DNA of 64,000 nucleotides from an uncultured delta proteobacterium (GTDB taxonomy: Bacteria; Desulfobacterota; Binatia; UBA9968). Location of the stretch: positions 416,001 through 480,000 of the forward strand of contig CAVUZH010000019.1 in assembly GCA_963745835.1 (NCBI GenBank), written 5' to 3'. The notes beneath the pieces are model-generated. The model saw nothing but the letters and a program-made list of their open reading frames with translations, had not been told where the DNA came from and did no database searches. Each line of letters starts with the position of its first letter. Within the stretch, counting starts at the first letter, position 1. The position numbers and the translations under genes were made by a program. Below, in pieces: positions 1-9,840 of the stretch.

Positions 1-530
1 GCTTGGAGCTACTCAAAGAAACACTCCCGAAGCTGTCCCGTGTAGCCGTTCTGTGGAACCCGAATGAACCAGGCACTCCATCAATATGGAAGGAAAGCGA
101 ACTGGTTGCACCCAACCTGGGTCTCCAGCTTCATTCTATGCAGGTCCGCAGTCCCGACAAGCTGGCCAGCGCGTTTGAAGCCGCGACAAAAGCACGTAGT
201 ACTGCACTCTCCGTAGCAACTGGTCCGTTTATCAGTTCACACCGAAAACAAATCACTGAACTGGCCCTCAAGTATAAGCTCCCGGCCATCTATGCAAGAG
301 AAGACTACGTCGACAACGGCGGTTTGATGTCTTACAGCGCTGACCAGAATGAGGCCTATAAGCGTGTCGCTGTCATGATCGACAAAGTTCTCAAAGGAGT
401 AAAGCCCAGCGACATTCCTGTTGAGCGCGCGACAAAATTTGAGCTCGCGATCAATCTAAAAACAGCCAACCAGATTGGCCTGACCATTCCGCGGAACGTG
501 CTAGCGAGGGCGGATAAGGTGATTAGGTAG
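1..530 (+). CDS. ABC_sub_bind-family solute-binding protein, copy 1 (5' truncated by window edge)
   Basis: ELLKE..P, GGLMSY and C-terminal IDKVLKGVKPSDIPVERATKFELAINLKTANQIGLTIP..VLARADKVIR shared with the seven following paralogs. Confidence 0.9.
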   Translation, partial: LELLKETLPKLSRVAVLWNPNEPGTPSIWKESELVAPNLGLQLHSMQVRSPDKLASAFEAATKARSTALSVATGPFISSHRKQITELALKYKLPAIYAREDYVDNGGLMSYSADQNEAYKRVAVMIDKVLKGVKPSDIPVERATKFELAINLKTANQIGLTIPRNVLARADKVIR

Positions 531-548
531 CAATTGCTGAGCAAAGTC

Positions 549-1531
549 ATGAGCAAAACAAAACTCTCGCTTATCGTTGGCGGTCTGCTCTTAGCATTCG
601 GAATGTGTGCCGAGGCGCAGCAGATAACGAAGATAGCGCGAATTGGCATTTTACCCGGCGGCTCTCCTTCATCCATGGCAACGCTAGTTGAAGCGTTCCA
701 GCAGGGCCTACATCAACTAGGGTATGTCGAGGGAAAGAACATTTTGCTTGAGTACCGTTATGCGGAGGGCAAGCATGAAAAGTATCGTGATCTCGCTGAC
801 GATTTGGTCCGCCTGAAACCCGACATCATCGTTGTATCGAGTACGGGGTTCACCGTTGCAGCAAAGGAGGCGACTAAGACGATCCGATCGTTGTGGCGGG
901 AGCTGGGGACCTTGTTGGAACCGGCATTGTTGCCAGTCTTGCTCGACCTGGTGGAAATGTCACAGGGTCAACGGCCATGGCTACCGATTTGAGTGGAAAC
1001 GGCTGGAATTGCTAAAAGAAGTTGTGCCGAAGGCAAAACGAGCGGCTGTATTTTGGCATACGTTTCCAGGCTCTCAGGACGAAGACGAGGTGAAACAAAC
1101 GCAGGTTGATGGGCCGCCTCTTGGACTCAAGATTCACGCTGTTTCAGTCCGAGGTACTGATGATTTCGAGAGTGCATTCACTCAGATGAAGAGAGATGCC
1201 GGTGCGCTTATAATCATTCAGGGTAGCTTCACGAATGTTTACCGGAGACGGCTCGCAGAGCTTTCGATCAAAAACCGCTTGCCCACAATGTGCGAGCAGC
1301 CTACTTGGACAGAGGAAGGTTGCCCTGGTGAGTTATGGGAGGGACCCACGCGACGGATGGCGACATGCTGCTGTTTTTGTCGATAAGATCCTCAAAGGAG
1401 CTAAAGCTGCAGACTTACCAGTCGAACAGCCAAGTAAGTTCATATTATCGATTAATCTCAAAACCGCCAAACAGATCGGTCTTACGATTCCGCCCAACGT
1501 GCTGGCGCGCGAAGATAAGGTCATAAAGTGA
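549..1531 (+). CDS. ABC_sub_bind-family SBP, copy 2; three single-base frameshifts (~884, ~997, ~1324)
   Basis: Adding C at gatccg, adding A at ggaaac and removing C at tgccctg restores [55 protein letters not shown]; signal peptide present. Confidence 0.85.
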
Positions 1532-1650
1532 TTTTAGATTTTCGATTCCGACTTTAGATTGAGGAAAAGAGCATGATTGAACGACCTTCGATGCGATTGC
1601 TTGATTCTGTGTCCGACAATCGGAAATCTAAAATCCAAAATCGAAAATTG
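1530..1650. repeat. Inverted heptamer repeat (ATTTTAG/ATTTTCG vs AAAATCY); 18-bp stem around the start of SBP3
   Basis: 1530-1547 GATTTTAGATTTTCGATT pairs with 1618-1635 AATCGGAAATCTAAAATC (one G-U); heptamers continue to ~1649. Confidence 0.75.
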
Positions 1651-2613
1651 GTGGAGATTGTTGCCTTCGTTCTTACTTTTGTAATGTGTGGCGTTGTGGC
1701 CCAGGCGCAGCAGCCCACGAAAATTCCCCGCGTAGGAGTTCTTTTCATCGGCTCTCGGAACCAACCCCATTTAGACGCATTCAAACAGGGCCTACGAGAA
1801 CGTGGATATGTGGAACAGAAGAACATCGTCCTTGAGTACCGCTATGCTGAAGGCAATAACGATCGACTGCCCCAACTCGCTGCCGAACTAGTACGCGACA
1901 AAGTCGATATCATAGTCACGACCGCATCGGTTAGCGCCCTCGCGGCGCGGGCAGTGACGAAGACGATACCGATTGTAATGACCAGTGGTAATCCTTTGGA
2001 AAGTGGCCTGGCCACCAGTTTGGCCAAGCCAGGCGGAAACGTCACGGGTCTTACGGTACTCTCGGTCGATTTGAGCGGCAAGCGGGTGGAACTCCTCACC
2101 GAAACATTTCCAAAAACTACGCGTATCGCGGCCCTGCAGAGTCCCCAGGACTTTGAAGCTGGCGCCGGCTACAAGGAAACACAAGAGGCGGCAAAAGCAT
2201 TTTCTCTGCGTTTACATCCCGTAGAAGTCCAATCGGCCAATGATTTTGAGCCTGCATTCGCTCAGATGAACAAGGCTCGTGAAACCGCTCTGCTCGTGAT
2301 CCTGTCGCCGATGATCACTTTTAACTCGCGCCGGATCGTGGAACTGGCGCTTAAGTATCGGTTGCCGGGCATGTACCCTACCAAACAATTTGCTGAGGAA
2401 GGCGGACTCATGTCGTACGGGCCCCTGATCGGTGATTTATACCGTCGCGCCGCCACTTACGTGGATAAAATTCTCAAAGGGGCGAACCCCGGTGAGTTGC
2501 CAGTGGAGCAGCCAACCAAGTTCGAGCTGGTCATCAATCTTCAAACAGCAAAGCAGATTGGTGTGACAATTCCGCCGAGTATGCTGGCGCGGGCAGACCG
2601 GGTGATCAAGTAA
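1573..2613 (+). CDS. ABC_sub_bind-family SBP, copy 3
   Basis: Full family motif set; SD-like GAGG upstream; N-terminal SDNRKSKIQNRK encoded by the heptamer repeat. Confidence 0.9.
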   Translation: MIERPSMRLLDSVSDNRKSKIQNRKLVEIVAFVLTFVMCGVVAQAQQPTKIPRVGVLFIGSRNQPHLDAFKQGLRERGYVEQKNIVLEYRYAEGNNDRLPQLAAELVRDKVDIIVTTASVSALAARAVTKTIPIVMTSGNPLESGLATSLAKPGGNVTGLTVLSVDLSGKRVELLTETFPKTTRIAALQSPQDFEAGAGYKETQEAAKAFSLRLHPVEVQSANDFEPAFAQMNKARETALLVILSPMITFNSRRIVELALKYRLPGMYPTKQFAEEGGLMSYGPLIGDLYRRAATYVDKILKGANPGELPVEQPTKFELVINLQTAKQIGVTIPPSMLARADRVIK

Positions 2614-2672
2614 AGTAGGTGTGAGGTGAAGCGAGATGAAGGCGCTACCGTAAAAACATGAAGGAGGCGTTT

Positions 2673-4295
2673 ATGAAGCTCAACAGACTTTTTCTATTTG
2701 GCATCCTCGTCACACTTCTTTGCCTGCCCGCAGTTATGGCGCAGGACAATACGGGGGAAAAAATCGGCCAGGTTAACTTTCCGGTCACCTGCAGCGCGGC
2801 GGCACAAAAGCAGTTCGATCAGGCTCTCGCCGCCCTACACTCGTTCTGGTACGAGGAAGCGCTCAGAGTGTTTACCGCTGTTGCGGAAACTGACCCCGCT
2901 TGCGCCATGGCCTACTGGGGAATCGCCATGAGCATTTACTATCCTCTCTGGGTGCCGCCGAGTCAGCCGACATTGCAGAAAGGGACTAATGCCATCGAAA
3001 AGGCGAAGTCGATCGGCGCCAAAACCGATCGTGAAGGCGCCTATATTGCGGCGATAGAAGTCTTCTACAAGGACTCGGACAAGCTCGAACACCGAGCCCG
3101 CACTCTCGCGTACGAAAAAGCGATGGAGCAGATCCACCGCCAGTACCCAAACGATAGAGAAGCCGCGATCTTCTACGCGCTGGCGCTCAACGCCACGGCG
3201 CCTCCAACTGACAAGACTTACGCGCAGCAGCGAAAGGCCGGCGAGATTCTTGAAAAGGTCTTTGCGGAGCAGCCGGATCACCCGGGCGTGGCTCATTACA
3301 TCATTCACAGCTATGATAATCCGTCTACGGCGAAACGTGGGCTTCCTGCCGCGCAACGCTACATCAAGATCGCCCCCTCAGTTCCTCACGCGCAGCACAT
3401 GCCTTCTCACATTTTTACGCGGCTCGGTTTTTGGCAAGAATCGATTCAATCAAATCTCGGAGCCGTGGCAGCATCGAAAGAATATGCGGCTAAGGTTCAT
3501 CCCGAAGCAGCATACTATGAGCATCTTCATGCCTTGGATTACCTAGTGTATGCCTACCTGCAAGGAGCCCAGGATCGCGAAGCCAAGCGCGTCGTTGACG
3601 AACTGCAGGCGATTAAAAAAGTCCAGCCGGAAGCGTTTCAGGCAGCTTACGCCTATGCTGCGATTCCGGCACGTTATGCGCTCGAGAGGCGCCGCTGGTC
3701 TGAGGCCGCAGCGTTGAGCGTGCAACCAACCGCCTTTCCCTGGAGCCGTTATCAGTGGGCGGAGGCCGTTACACATTTCGCGCGGGCCATGGGATCTGCA
3801 CGCAGCGGCAATGTTGTTAGCAGTCGAAAGGACATCGAAAAACTCGAGTCGCTCCAAGATGCCTTAGTCAAGGCTAAGGACAGCTACTGGGCTAAGCAGG
3901 TCGACATACAGCGCCGGGTGGCAAGCGCTTGGTACCTACGCGCCGAAAATAAAAATGATGAGGCGCTACAGCTCATGCAGTCCGCGGCGGACCTCGAGGA
4001 CTCGACCGACAAACACCCGGTCACGCCGGCACCGATCCAGCCTGCGCGCGAACTCCTGGGCGAAATGCTTCTTGAGCTCGGCGACCCTGCTCAAGCACTA
4101 AAAGAATTCGAGGTTTCGCACCGAGTGGAACCTAACCGCTTCCGCGGCCTCTACGGCGCCGCGAAGGCGGCTCACGAATCTGGGGACCGCGAAAAAGCGC
4201 GCCATTACTACGCAAAGCTAATTTCCCTCTGTGAACACGCCGATGCGGATCGACCCGAACTCAAAGAGGCGAAGGCATTCTTGTCGGATAAATAA
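2673..4295 (+). CDS. Secreted TPR-like helical protein with His-rich motifs, function unknown
   Basis: AAGGAGG SD before ATG 2673; signal peptide ending VMA-Q; TPR-like helices; HPGVAHYIIHSYD and PHAQHMPSHIF motifs. Confidence 0.8.
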   Translation: MKLNRLFLFGILVTLLCLPAVMAQDNTGEKIGQVNFPVTCSAAAQKQFDQALAALHSFWYEEALRVFTAVAETDPACAMAYWGIAMSIYYPLWVPPSQPTLQKGTNAIEKAKSIGAKTDREGAYIAAIEVFYKDSDKLEHRARTLAYEKAMEQIHRQYPNDREAAIFYALALNATAPPTDKTYAQQRKAGEILEKVFAEQPDHPGVAHYIIHSYDNPSTAKRGLPAAQRYIKIAPSVPHAQHMPSHIFTRLGFWQESIQSNLGAVAASKEYAAKVHPEAAYYEHLHALDYLVYAYLQGAQDREAKRVVDELQAIKKVQPEAFQAAYAYAAIPARYALERRRWSEAAALSVQPTAFPWSRYQWAEAVTHFARAMGSARSGNVVSSRKDIEKLESLQDALVKAKDSYWAKQVDIQRRVASAWYLRAENKNDEALQLMQSAADLEDSTDKHPVTPAPIQPARELLGEMLLELGDPAQALKEFEVSHRVEPNRFRGLYGAAKAAHESGDREKARHYYAKLISLCEHADADRPELKEAKAFLSDK

Positions 4296-4480
4296 GCCGA
4301 TTTAGTATTTGACGCTCAGGCACGTATACGCATCTTGTACCTCGGGATGGCTTTCTCTCTCTCTTCGACCTGTGATCGGTCCGAAAGTGCGAACCAACTC
4401 AATTTTGCGTGTTGAAAAGCGAATAAGGTGATGATGACGTCCAGCCGTGAACAGCTACCACTTATTAGCAAAGCATCGGA

Positions 4481-5488
4481 ATGAAATGGATGGCTGTAAT
4501 CAATTTTATTAGCTGCCTACTACTCAGTGCATGTCTGCTTGTTGTTTCTAACGTCGATGCCCTGCAGCCGCAGAAAATTTACAAAGTTGGAAGGCTTAGC
4601 GCGGGCTCTCCTAAGGATCCGCTTACCAATGCGACCTACGACGCCTTCCGCGGAGGGCTGCGTGACCTAGGTTGGATCGAGGGCAGCACTATCATCTTGG
4701 AGAATCGTTGGGCGGGAGAGCCCAGCGCGAACGCGGTTGATCTCGCGGCCGAGCTCGTTCGGCTCAAAGTGGACGTCATCGTCGCCGTAGGCAGCCCATT
4801 AATTCAAGCAGCGAAGCAGGCAACCAATGCAATTCCCATCGTCATGTCCGGCACCGGCGCCGACCCGGTTGCAGCGGGCTTCGTCGCCAGTCTTGGACGG
4901 CCGGGACGCAACATCACCGGCCTGAGTATGCTTTCTACCGAGCTGAGCGGCAAACGGTTAGAGCTGCTCAAAGAGACGGTTGCTAATCTCGGGCGAGTCG
5001 CCGTCCTGCGCAATCCGAAATTTCCCGCCGTAGCAATTCAATCGAAACAGACGGAAGAGGCGGCAAAGTCCTTAGGGCTTCAGCTCCAAGCTTGGGAAGT
5101 GCGCACTCCCGAGGAAATTGATAGCGCCTTTTTGTCCATGAGCAAGGCTGGCCTTAGCGGTCTCGTTGTGTTTAGCGATCCGGTGCTGCTCGAGAGAAAC
5201 CGCGCATCGATCATCACGCTAACGCGCAAGTACCGCATTCCGACTGTTTATCCGTGGAGAAACTATGTCGAGGAGGGCGGCCTGGCGAGCTATTCGGCGA
5301 ATCTGCTAGACATGCACCGCCGGGCTGCGACTTACGTCGATAAAATATTTAAGGGCGCCAAGCCTGGGGAACTGCCGGTTGAGCAGCCTACGAGGTTTGA
5401 GCTGGTGATCAACTTAAAAACAGCCAAACAAATCGGCCTGGCGGTACCGCAGTCGGTGCTGGCAAGAGCGGACAAGGTCATCAGATGA
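4481..5488 (+). CDS. ABC_sub_bind-family SBP, copy 4
   Basis: [30 protein letters not shown], conserved C-terminus. Confidence 0.9.
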   Translation: MKWMAVINFISCLLLSACLLVVSNVDALQPQKIYKVGRLSAGSPKDPLTNATYDAFRGGLRDLGWIEGSTIILENRWAGEPSANAVDLAAELVRLKVDVIVAVGSPLIQAAKQATNAIPIVMSGTGADPVAAGFVASLGRPGRNITGLSMLSTELSGKRLELLKETVANLGRVAVLRNPKFPAVAIQSKQTEEAAKSLGLQLQAWEVRTPEEIDSAFLSMSKAGLSGLVVFSDPVLLERNRASIITLTRKYRIPTVYPWRNYVEEGGLASYSANLLDMHRRAATYVDKIFKGAKPGELPVEQPTRFELVINLKTAKQIGLAVPQSVLARADKVIR

Positions 5489-5541
5489 CAGAGCTCAAAC
5501 ATTGAGGGACATTGTCATTTCTGATTGCTTTCGAGGAATTC

Positions 5542-6510
5542 ATGAATAAGAAGATACTTTTCGCAGCAATGATCATCTTCACTCTCGGCGCTCTTGGCGT
5601 AGTCAACGCGCAGCCGACTGGGAAGATTCCAAGGATCGGTATTCTCGCGGACTTCATCACGCCGCAGCTTGACGCCCTACGGCAGGGCCTGCGCGATTTG
5701 GGCTACATCGAAGGTCAAAACCTCTTGATCGAATACCGATATGCGGAGGGGAAGCACGAGCGTGTTCCCGAACTGGTGGCTGAACTGCTTGGTCTCAAAA
5801 CCGATCTCATACTTACAAGCGGACCCATCACTCCTATCGCCGCAAAAATCATCAAAGGTGTTCCGGTTGTTTTCTCGTTAAGCGGTGATCCGGTTGAAGC
5901 AGGACTCATTGCAAGTCTGGCGCGGCCTGGAGGAACCATGACTGGTATGACTTTTTTCTCCTCTGTGTTGGCCGGCAAGCGAGTCGAGTTGCTTAAAGAA
6001 GCCGTGCCCGGGACGGCCCGTGTTGGGGTGCTAGCTAATCCAAACCACGCCGGCGAATCACTCGAATTCAGAGAGACTGAAGCCGCCGCCAAGGCCATGA
6101 GTGTTAGCGTCCAAAGGCACACGGTGCAGGCGGCCGATGATTTCGCCGGCGCTTTTAATGCAATTGGCAAACAGCGCGCCACTGCCATTATCACGTTCCC
6201 CGATGCGCTGATGCTGGCGCATCGAAAGGAGATTGCCGAGTTTGCCGTGAAACTGCGGGTGGCCAGCGTTGGTGGGTGGAGTCAATTTGCCGACGCTGGA
6301 GGGTTGATGACCTATGGTCCGAATCTTTTCAACTCGTTTAAGCGTCTTGCTTTCTACATTGACAAGATTCTCAAGGGAACCAAACCGGCGGATCTTCCTA
6401 TCGAGCAGCCAACAAATTTAGAGCTGGTGGTTAATCTCAACACGGCAAAGCAGATCGGCCTGAGCATTCCGCCCACCGTGCTGGCGCGGGCAGATCGAGT
6501 GATCAAGTGA
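5542..6510 (+). CDS. ABC_sub_bind-family SBP, copy 5
   Basis: GAGGA SD before ATG 5542; signal peptide; family motifs. Confidence 0.9.
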   Translation: MNKKILFAAMIIFTLGALGVVNAQPTGKIPRIGILADFITPQLDALRQGLRDLGYIEGQNLLIEYRYAEGKHERVPELVAELLGLKTDLILTSGPITPIAAKIIKGVPVVFSLSGDPVEAGLIASLARPGGTMTGMTFFSSVLAGKRVELLKEAVPGTARVGVLANPNHAGESLEFRETEAAAKAMSVSVQRHTVQAADDFAGAFNAIGKQRATAIITFPDALMLAHRKEIAEFAVKLRVASVGGWSQFADAGGLMTYGPNLFNSFKRLAFYIDKILKGTKPADLPIEQPTNLELVVNLNTAKQIGLSIPPTVLARADRVIK

Positions 6511-6591
6511 TTTGCACTCCAATCGCCTGATTGATCCGAGCAGAGTCTGAGTCATGGGACAGGTGCCCCATTCCGGTTTGATAAGACACTC

Positions 6592-7578
6592 ATGATCCAC
6601 GGCATCGTGATCTGTGTTCTAGCGATTTTGTTAGTGAGCGCACCCGCGCAGCTTGCTCATGGACAGCAGTCCAAGAGAATTCCGACGGTAGGTCTTTTAA
6701 CCGCGAGCTCTCCTGACCTGCAACGGCACCTGATCCAGGCATTCAAGCAAGGCTTGCTGGACCTAGGCTATGTCGAGGGACAAAACCTCGCGCTTGAGAT
6801 TCGTGCAGCCGAGGGGAAGTACGAGAGACTCCCAGCATTGGCGAAGGACCTTGTTAATCTTAAGGCAGACGTCATCTTTGCCGCCAGCGCGCCTGCGATT
6901 GGGGCGGCCAAGAAAGCTGCCGGTAATACTCCTATCGTGTTTGAGACATTATCCGATCCGGTCGCTGACGGCTTCGTTGACACACTCGCCCGTCCGGGCG
7001 GTAATCTCACTGGTCTCGCTGGCCTAGCACCTGAATTGAGTGGCAAACGACTGGAGCTGCTCAGGGAGATCGTTCCAGGACTCACCCGCGTCGGTGTTCT
7101 CCTCAATCCAAAAAACCCGAACGCACAGCGGCTGTTTAAGGAGACGGCACATTACGCCCACGCATTGGCCATGCAGCTCGAAGTTTTCGAAGTGCGACGG
7201 GCTGATGAATTGACAAAAGCATTTTCAACGATGATCAAAACTCGGGTTACAGGCCTTTCGGTCGTCCCTGATCCAACGTTGTTCGCTGCGCGACAAGAGA
7301 TTGCTGACCAAACAATCAGAGCCAAATTACCGGCCGTCTATGGAATCTCGGGTATGGCCGAAGTTGGCGGGCTGCTGGTTTATGGGCCGAGCCTTCCTGA
7401 CTTGTGGCGCCGTGCTGCGACATATATCGACAAAATCCTCAAAGGCGCCAAACCCTCCGATCTACCCGTCGAGCAGCCAACGAAGTTCGAACTGGTGATT
7501 AATCTGAAAACCGCCAAGCAAATCGGCCTGACCATCCCACCCAATGTGCTGGCAAGGGCAGATCGGGTGATTCGGTGA
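6592..7578 (+). CDS. ABC_sub_bind-family SBP, copy 6
   Basis: Signal peptide; DPVADGFVDTLARPGGNLTG; conserved C-terminus. Confidence 0.9.
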   Translation: MIHGIVICVLAILLVSAPAQLAHGQQSKRIPTVGLLTASSPDLQRHLIQAFKQGLLDLGYVEGQNLALEIRAAEGKYERLPALAKDLVNLKADVIFAASAPAIGAAKKAAGNTPIVFETLSDPVADGFVDTLARPGGNLTGLAGLAPELSGKRLELLREIVPGLTRVGVLLNPKNPNAQRLFKETAHYAHALAMQLEVFEVRRADELTKAFSTMIKTRVTGLSVVPDPTLFAARQEIADQTIRAKLPAVYGISGMAEVGGLLVYGPSLPDLWRRAATYIDKILKGAKPSDLPVEQPTKFELVINLKTAKQIGLTIPPNVLARADRVIR

Positions 7579-7806
7579 GCCTTGAGCCGTGAGGGGAAGG
7601 CGTGAGTCATTCAATGCCTTGGTTCTGCCCCTGCCCGCGAGGATCGTTTGAGAGCCGAGCATCTGAAAGAGAACTTATCACTTTGGTTCGGACGAAAATC
7701 AACGGAGACAAGTAATTGGCAGCGGCGTCATTATTGAACTGATGAATATTACTGAGTTCGTAAAAAACCAGGTACGAGCGGATTTTCGAAAAGATCGGGG
7801 TAGCGA

Positions 7807-8775
7807 ATGCGAAAACGACTTTTCATTGTAGCGCTCGGCTTTCTAGCGATTTGTCTTCCCGCGCAGGCGCAGCAGATGAAACACATCGGTTACATCGGGG
7901 CGGGATCCAAGGTTACCGCTGGCCATCATGCGACAGCGTTCGCGCAAGGACTGCGCGAACTTGGGTACGTGGAGGGACGGAATATAGTAATCGAGCATCG
8001 ATGGGCTGAAGGAAGTATCGAAAAGCTGCCCCACTTGGTCGCCGATTTGATTCGCCTGAAAGTCGACGTCTTAGTTTCGTCGGCTACGCCGGCGATCCGG
8101 CTTGCCAAGGAGCAAACCAGCAGTATTCCAATTGTCATGGCCGGCGTCACCGATCCCGTCGGAGTTGGATTCGTCGCGAGTCTCGCGCGGCCGGGAGGTA
8201 ATATCACTGGACTGACACATCTTGCTCCGGACCTGACCGGCAAAAGATTGGAGTTACTCAAGGAAGTTGTTCCACGACTTTCGCGACTGGCCGTCATCTG
8301 GAATCCCGAGCAGCCCGGTCAGCAGCTGGCTTACAAAGAGAGTCAGGTAGCGGCCCAGACGCTGAAGTTAACAGTGACTTCCATAGAAGTGCGCAATCGG
8401 GAAGACATTGAAAAATTACTTCCCGGAGTTGGGAAGGACCGCATCGAAGCGCTCTTGGAGCTTCCCGATCCCGTTCTCTTCGCAAACCGTGTTTTGATCA
8501 CAGAGTTCGCAACCAAACATCGGCTTCCGGCAATGTACAGCTTCAGTGAGTACGTTGAAGCCGGCGGTCTCATGTCCTACGGCACGAGCTTTCCAGGCCT
8601 GTTTCATCGCGCCGCAACGTATGTGGACAAAATCTTCAAAGGTGCCAAACCAGCGGAACTCCCGGTCGAGCAGCCCACCAAGTTTGAATCAGTGATCAAT
8701 TTGAAAGCGGCAAAAACAATCGGCCTCACTATTCCGCAGCGGGTCCTGGCCCGGGCGGATAGTGTGATCAAGTGA
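7807..8775 (+). CDS. ABC_sub_bind-family SBP, copy 7
   Basis: Signal peptide AQA; [20 protein letters not shown]; conserved C-terminus. Confidence 0.9.
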   Translation: MRKRLFIVALGFLAICLPAQAQQMKHIGYIGAGSKVTAGHHATAFAQGLRELGYVEGRNIVIEHRWAEGSIEKLPHLVADLIRLKVDVLVSSATPAIRLAKEQTSSIPIVMAGVTDPVGVGFVASLARPGGNITGLTHLAPDLTGKRLELLKEVVPRLSRLAVIWNPEQPGQQLAYKESQVAAQTLKLTVTSIEVRNREDIEKLLPGVGKDRIEALLELPDPVLFANRVLITEFATKHRLPAMYSFSEYVEAGGLMSYGTSFPGLFHRAATYVDKIFKGAKPAELPVEQPTKFESVINLKAAKTIGLTIPQRVLARADSVIK

Positions 8776-9809
8776 CCTCAGGTGATAAGCAGAAACCGGT
8801 TAGCAGAGAAAACTCGGAGCCCGATGGGATGATTAGAAGCATTGCTATCTGCCTAGTGATCACTGCTGTGCTGCCAGCTGTTTGCCTCGCCGAGGCGCTG
8901 CAGCAGGGGAAACGAGTGTACCGAATCGCGGTTCTGTCACCGGCCACACGGCCGCGGCCGGTCATCGACGCACTTCGACAAAGGTTACGAGAGCTCGGCT
9001 ATACGGAAAATCAAAACGTCGCGTTTGAAGATCGTTACGCCGAGTTTAAAATGGAACGTCTGCCAGAACTGGCTTCCGAGTTGGTCAAGCTCAGGCCCGA
9101 TGTCATCTTTACGCATTCGATGACCGGCGCAAGGGCGGCCAAGCAAGCCACTTCAACCATTCCAATAGTCATTGGAGCGGCCGGTGATCTGGTAACGGAC
9201 GGCATAGTCGCCAGCCTGGCGCGTCCAGGTGGAAACGTCACCGGCGTGACTTTGCTAAGCTCCGAGCTGGAAGGTAAAAGGCTCGAGCTTTTGAAGGAAA
9301 CATCCCGCAAACTCTCTCGCGTGGCGGTTTTAGTGAATGCGGCAAACTCCGCCTGGGAGAATTACCCGCAGGTTCTCGAGCCCGCTGGTCAGGCGCTCAA
9401 GTTGCGTCTCGAGCGCGTTGAAGTCAGGCAATCCGCCGAGTTCGAAGACGCGTTCGCCGCGATGCGTCGCAATGGAGTCGATGGCGTGCTGGTAGTCAGC
9501 GATCCCATGTTTCAAACTTATCAGAATCGCATCGCGGAGTTCGCGGCCAGGCAGCAACTGCCGAGCATTTCAGAAGTGCCGGGGTTCGCGGAGGCCGGCG
9601 GTCTGATCCAGTATGGGCTCAGCATTCACGAGATGGGGCGACAGGCAGCAGTGTATGTCGACAAGATCCTCAAGGGTGCACAGCCGGCGGATCTGCCGGT
9701 CGAGCGGCCGACAAAATTCGAATTCCTCATTAATCTGAAAACAGCTCGACAATTGGGTTTGACCCTGCCCCCGGCTATGCTGGCGCGGGCGGACAAGGTC
9801 ATAAAGTGA
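8772..9809 (+). CDS. ABC_sub_bind-family SBP, copy 8 (start may be ATG 8829)
   Basis: GTGA overlap with copy 7; family motifs. Confidence 0.9.
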   Translation: MTSGDKQKPVSRENSEPDGMIRSIAICLVITAVLPAVCLAEALQQGKRVYRIAVLSPATRPRPVIDALRQRLRELGYTENQNVAFEDRYAEFKMERLPELASELVKLRPDVIFTHSMTGARAAKQATSTIPIVIGAAGDLVTDGIVASLARPGGNVTGVTLLSSELEGKRLELLKETSRKLSRVAVLVNAANSAWENYPQVLEPAGQALKLRLERVEVRQSAEFEDAFAAMRRNGVDGVLVVSDPMFQTYQNRIAEFAARQQLPSISEVPGFAEAGGLIQYGLSIHEMGRQAAVYVDKILKGAQPADLPVERPTKFEFLINLKTARQLGLTLPPAMLARADKVIK

Positions 9810-9840
9810 TATATCGATACCCACAAGGTGATCAGACGAA

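Noticed and set aside
1-9809. Calling the SBP array an ABC transporter operon
   Set aside because: No permease or ATPase is in the window; only the upstream flank is unseen.
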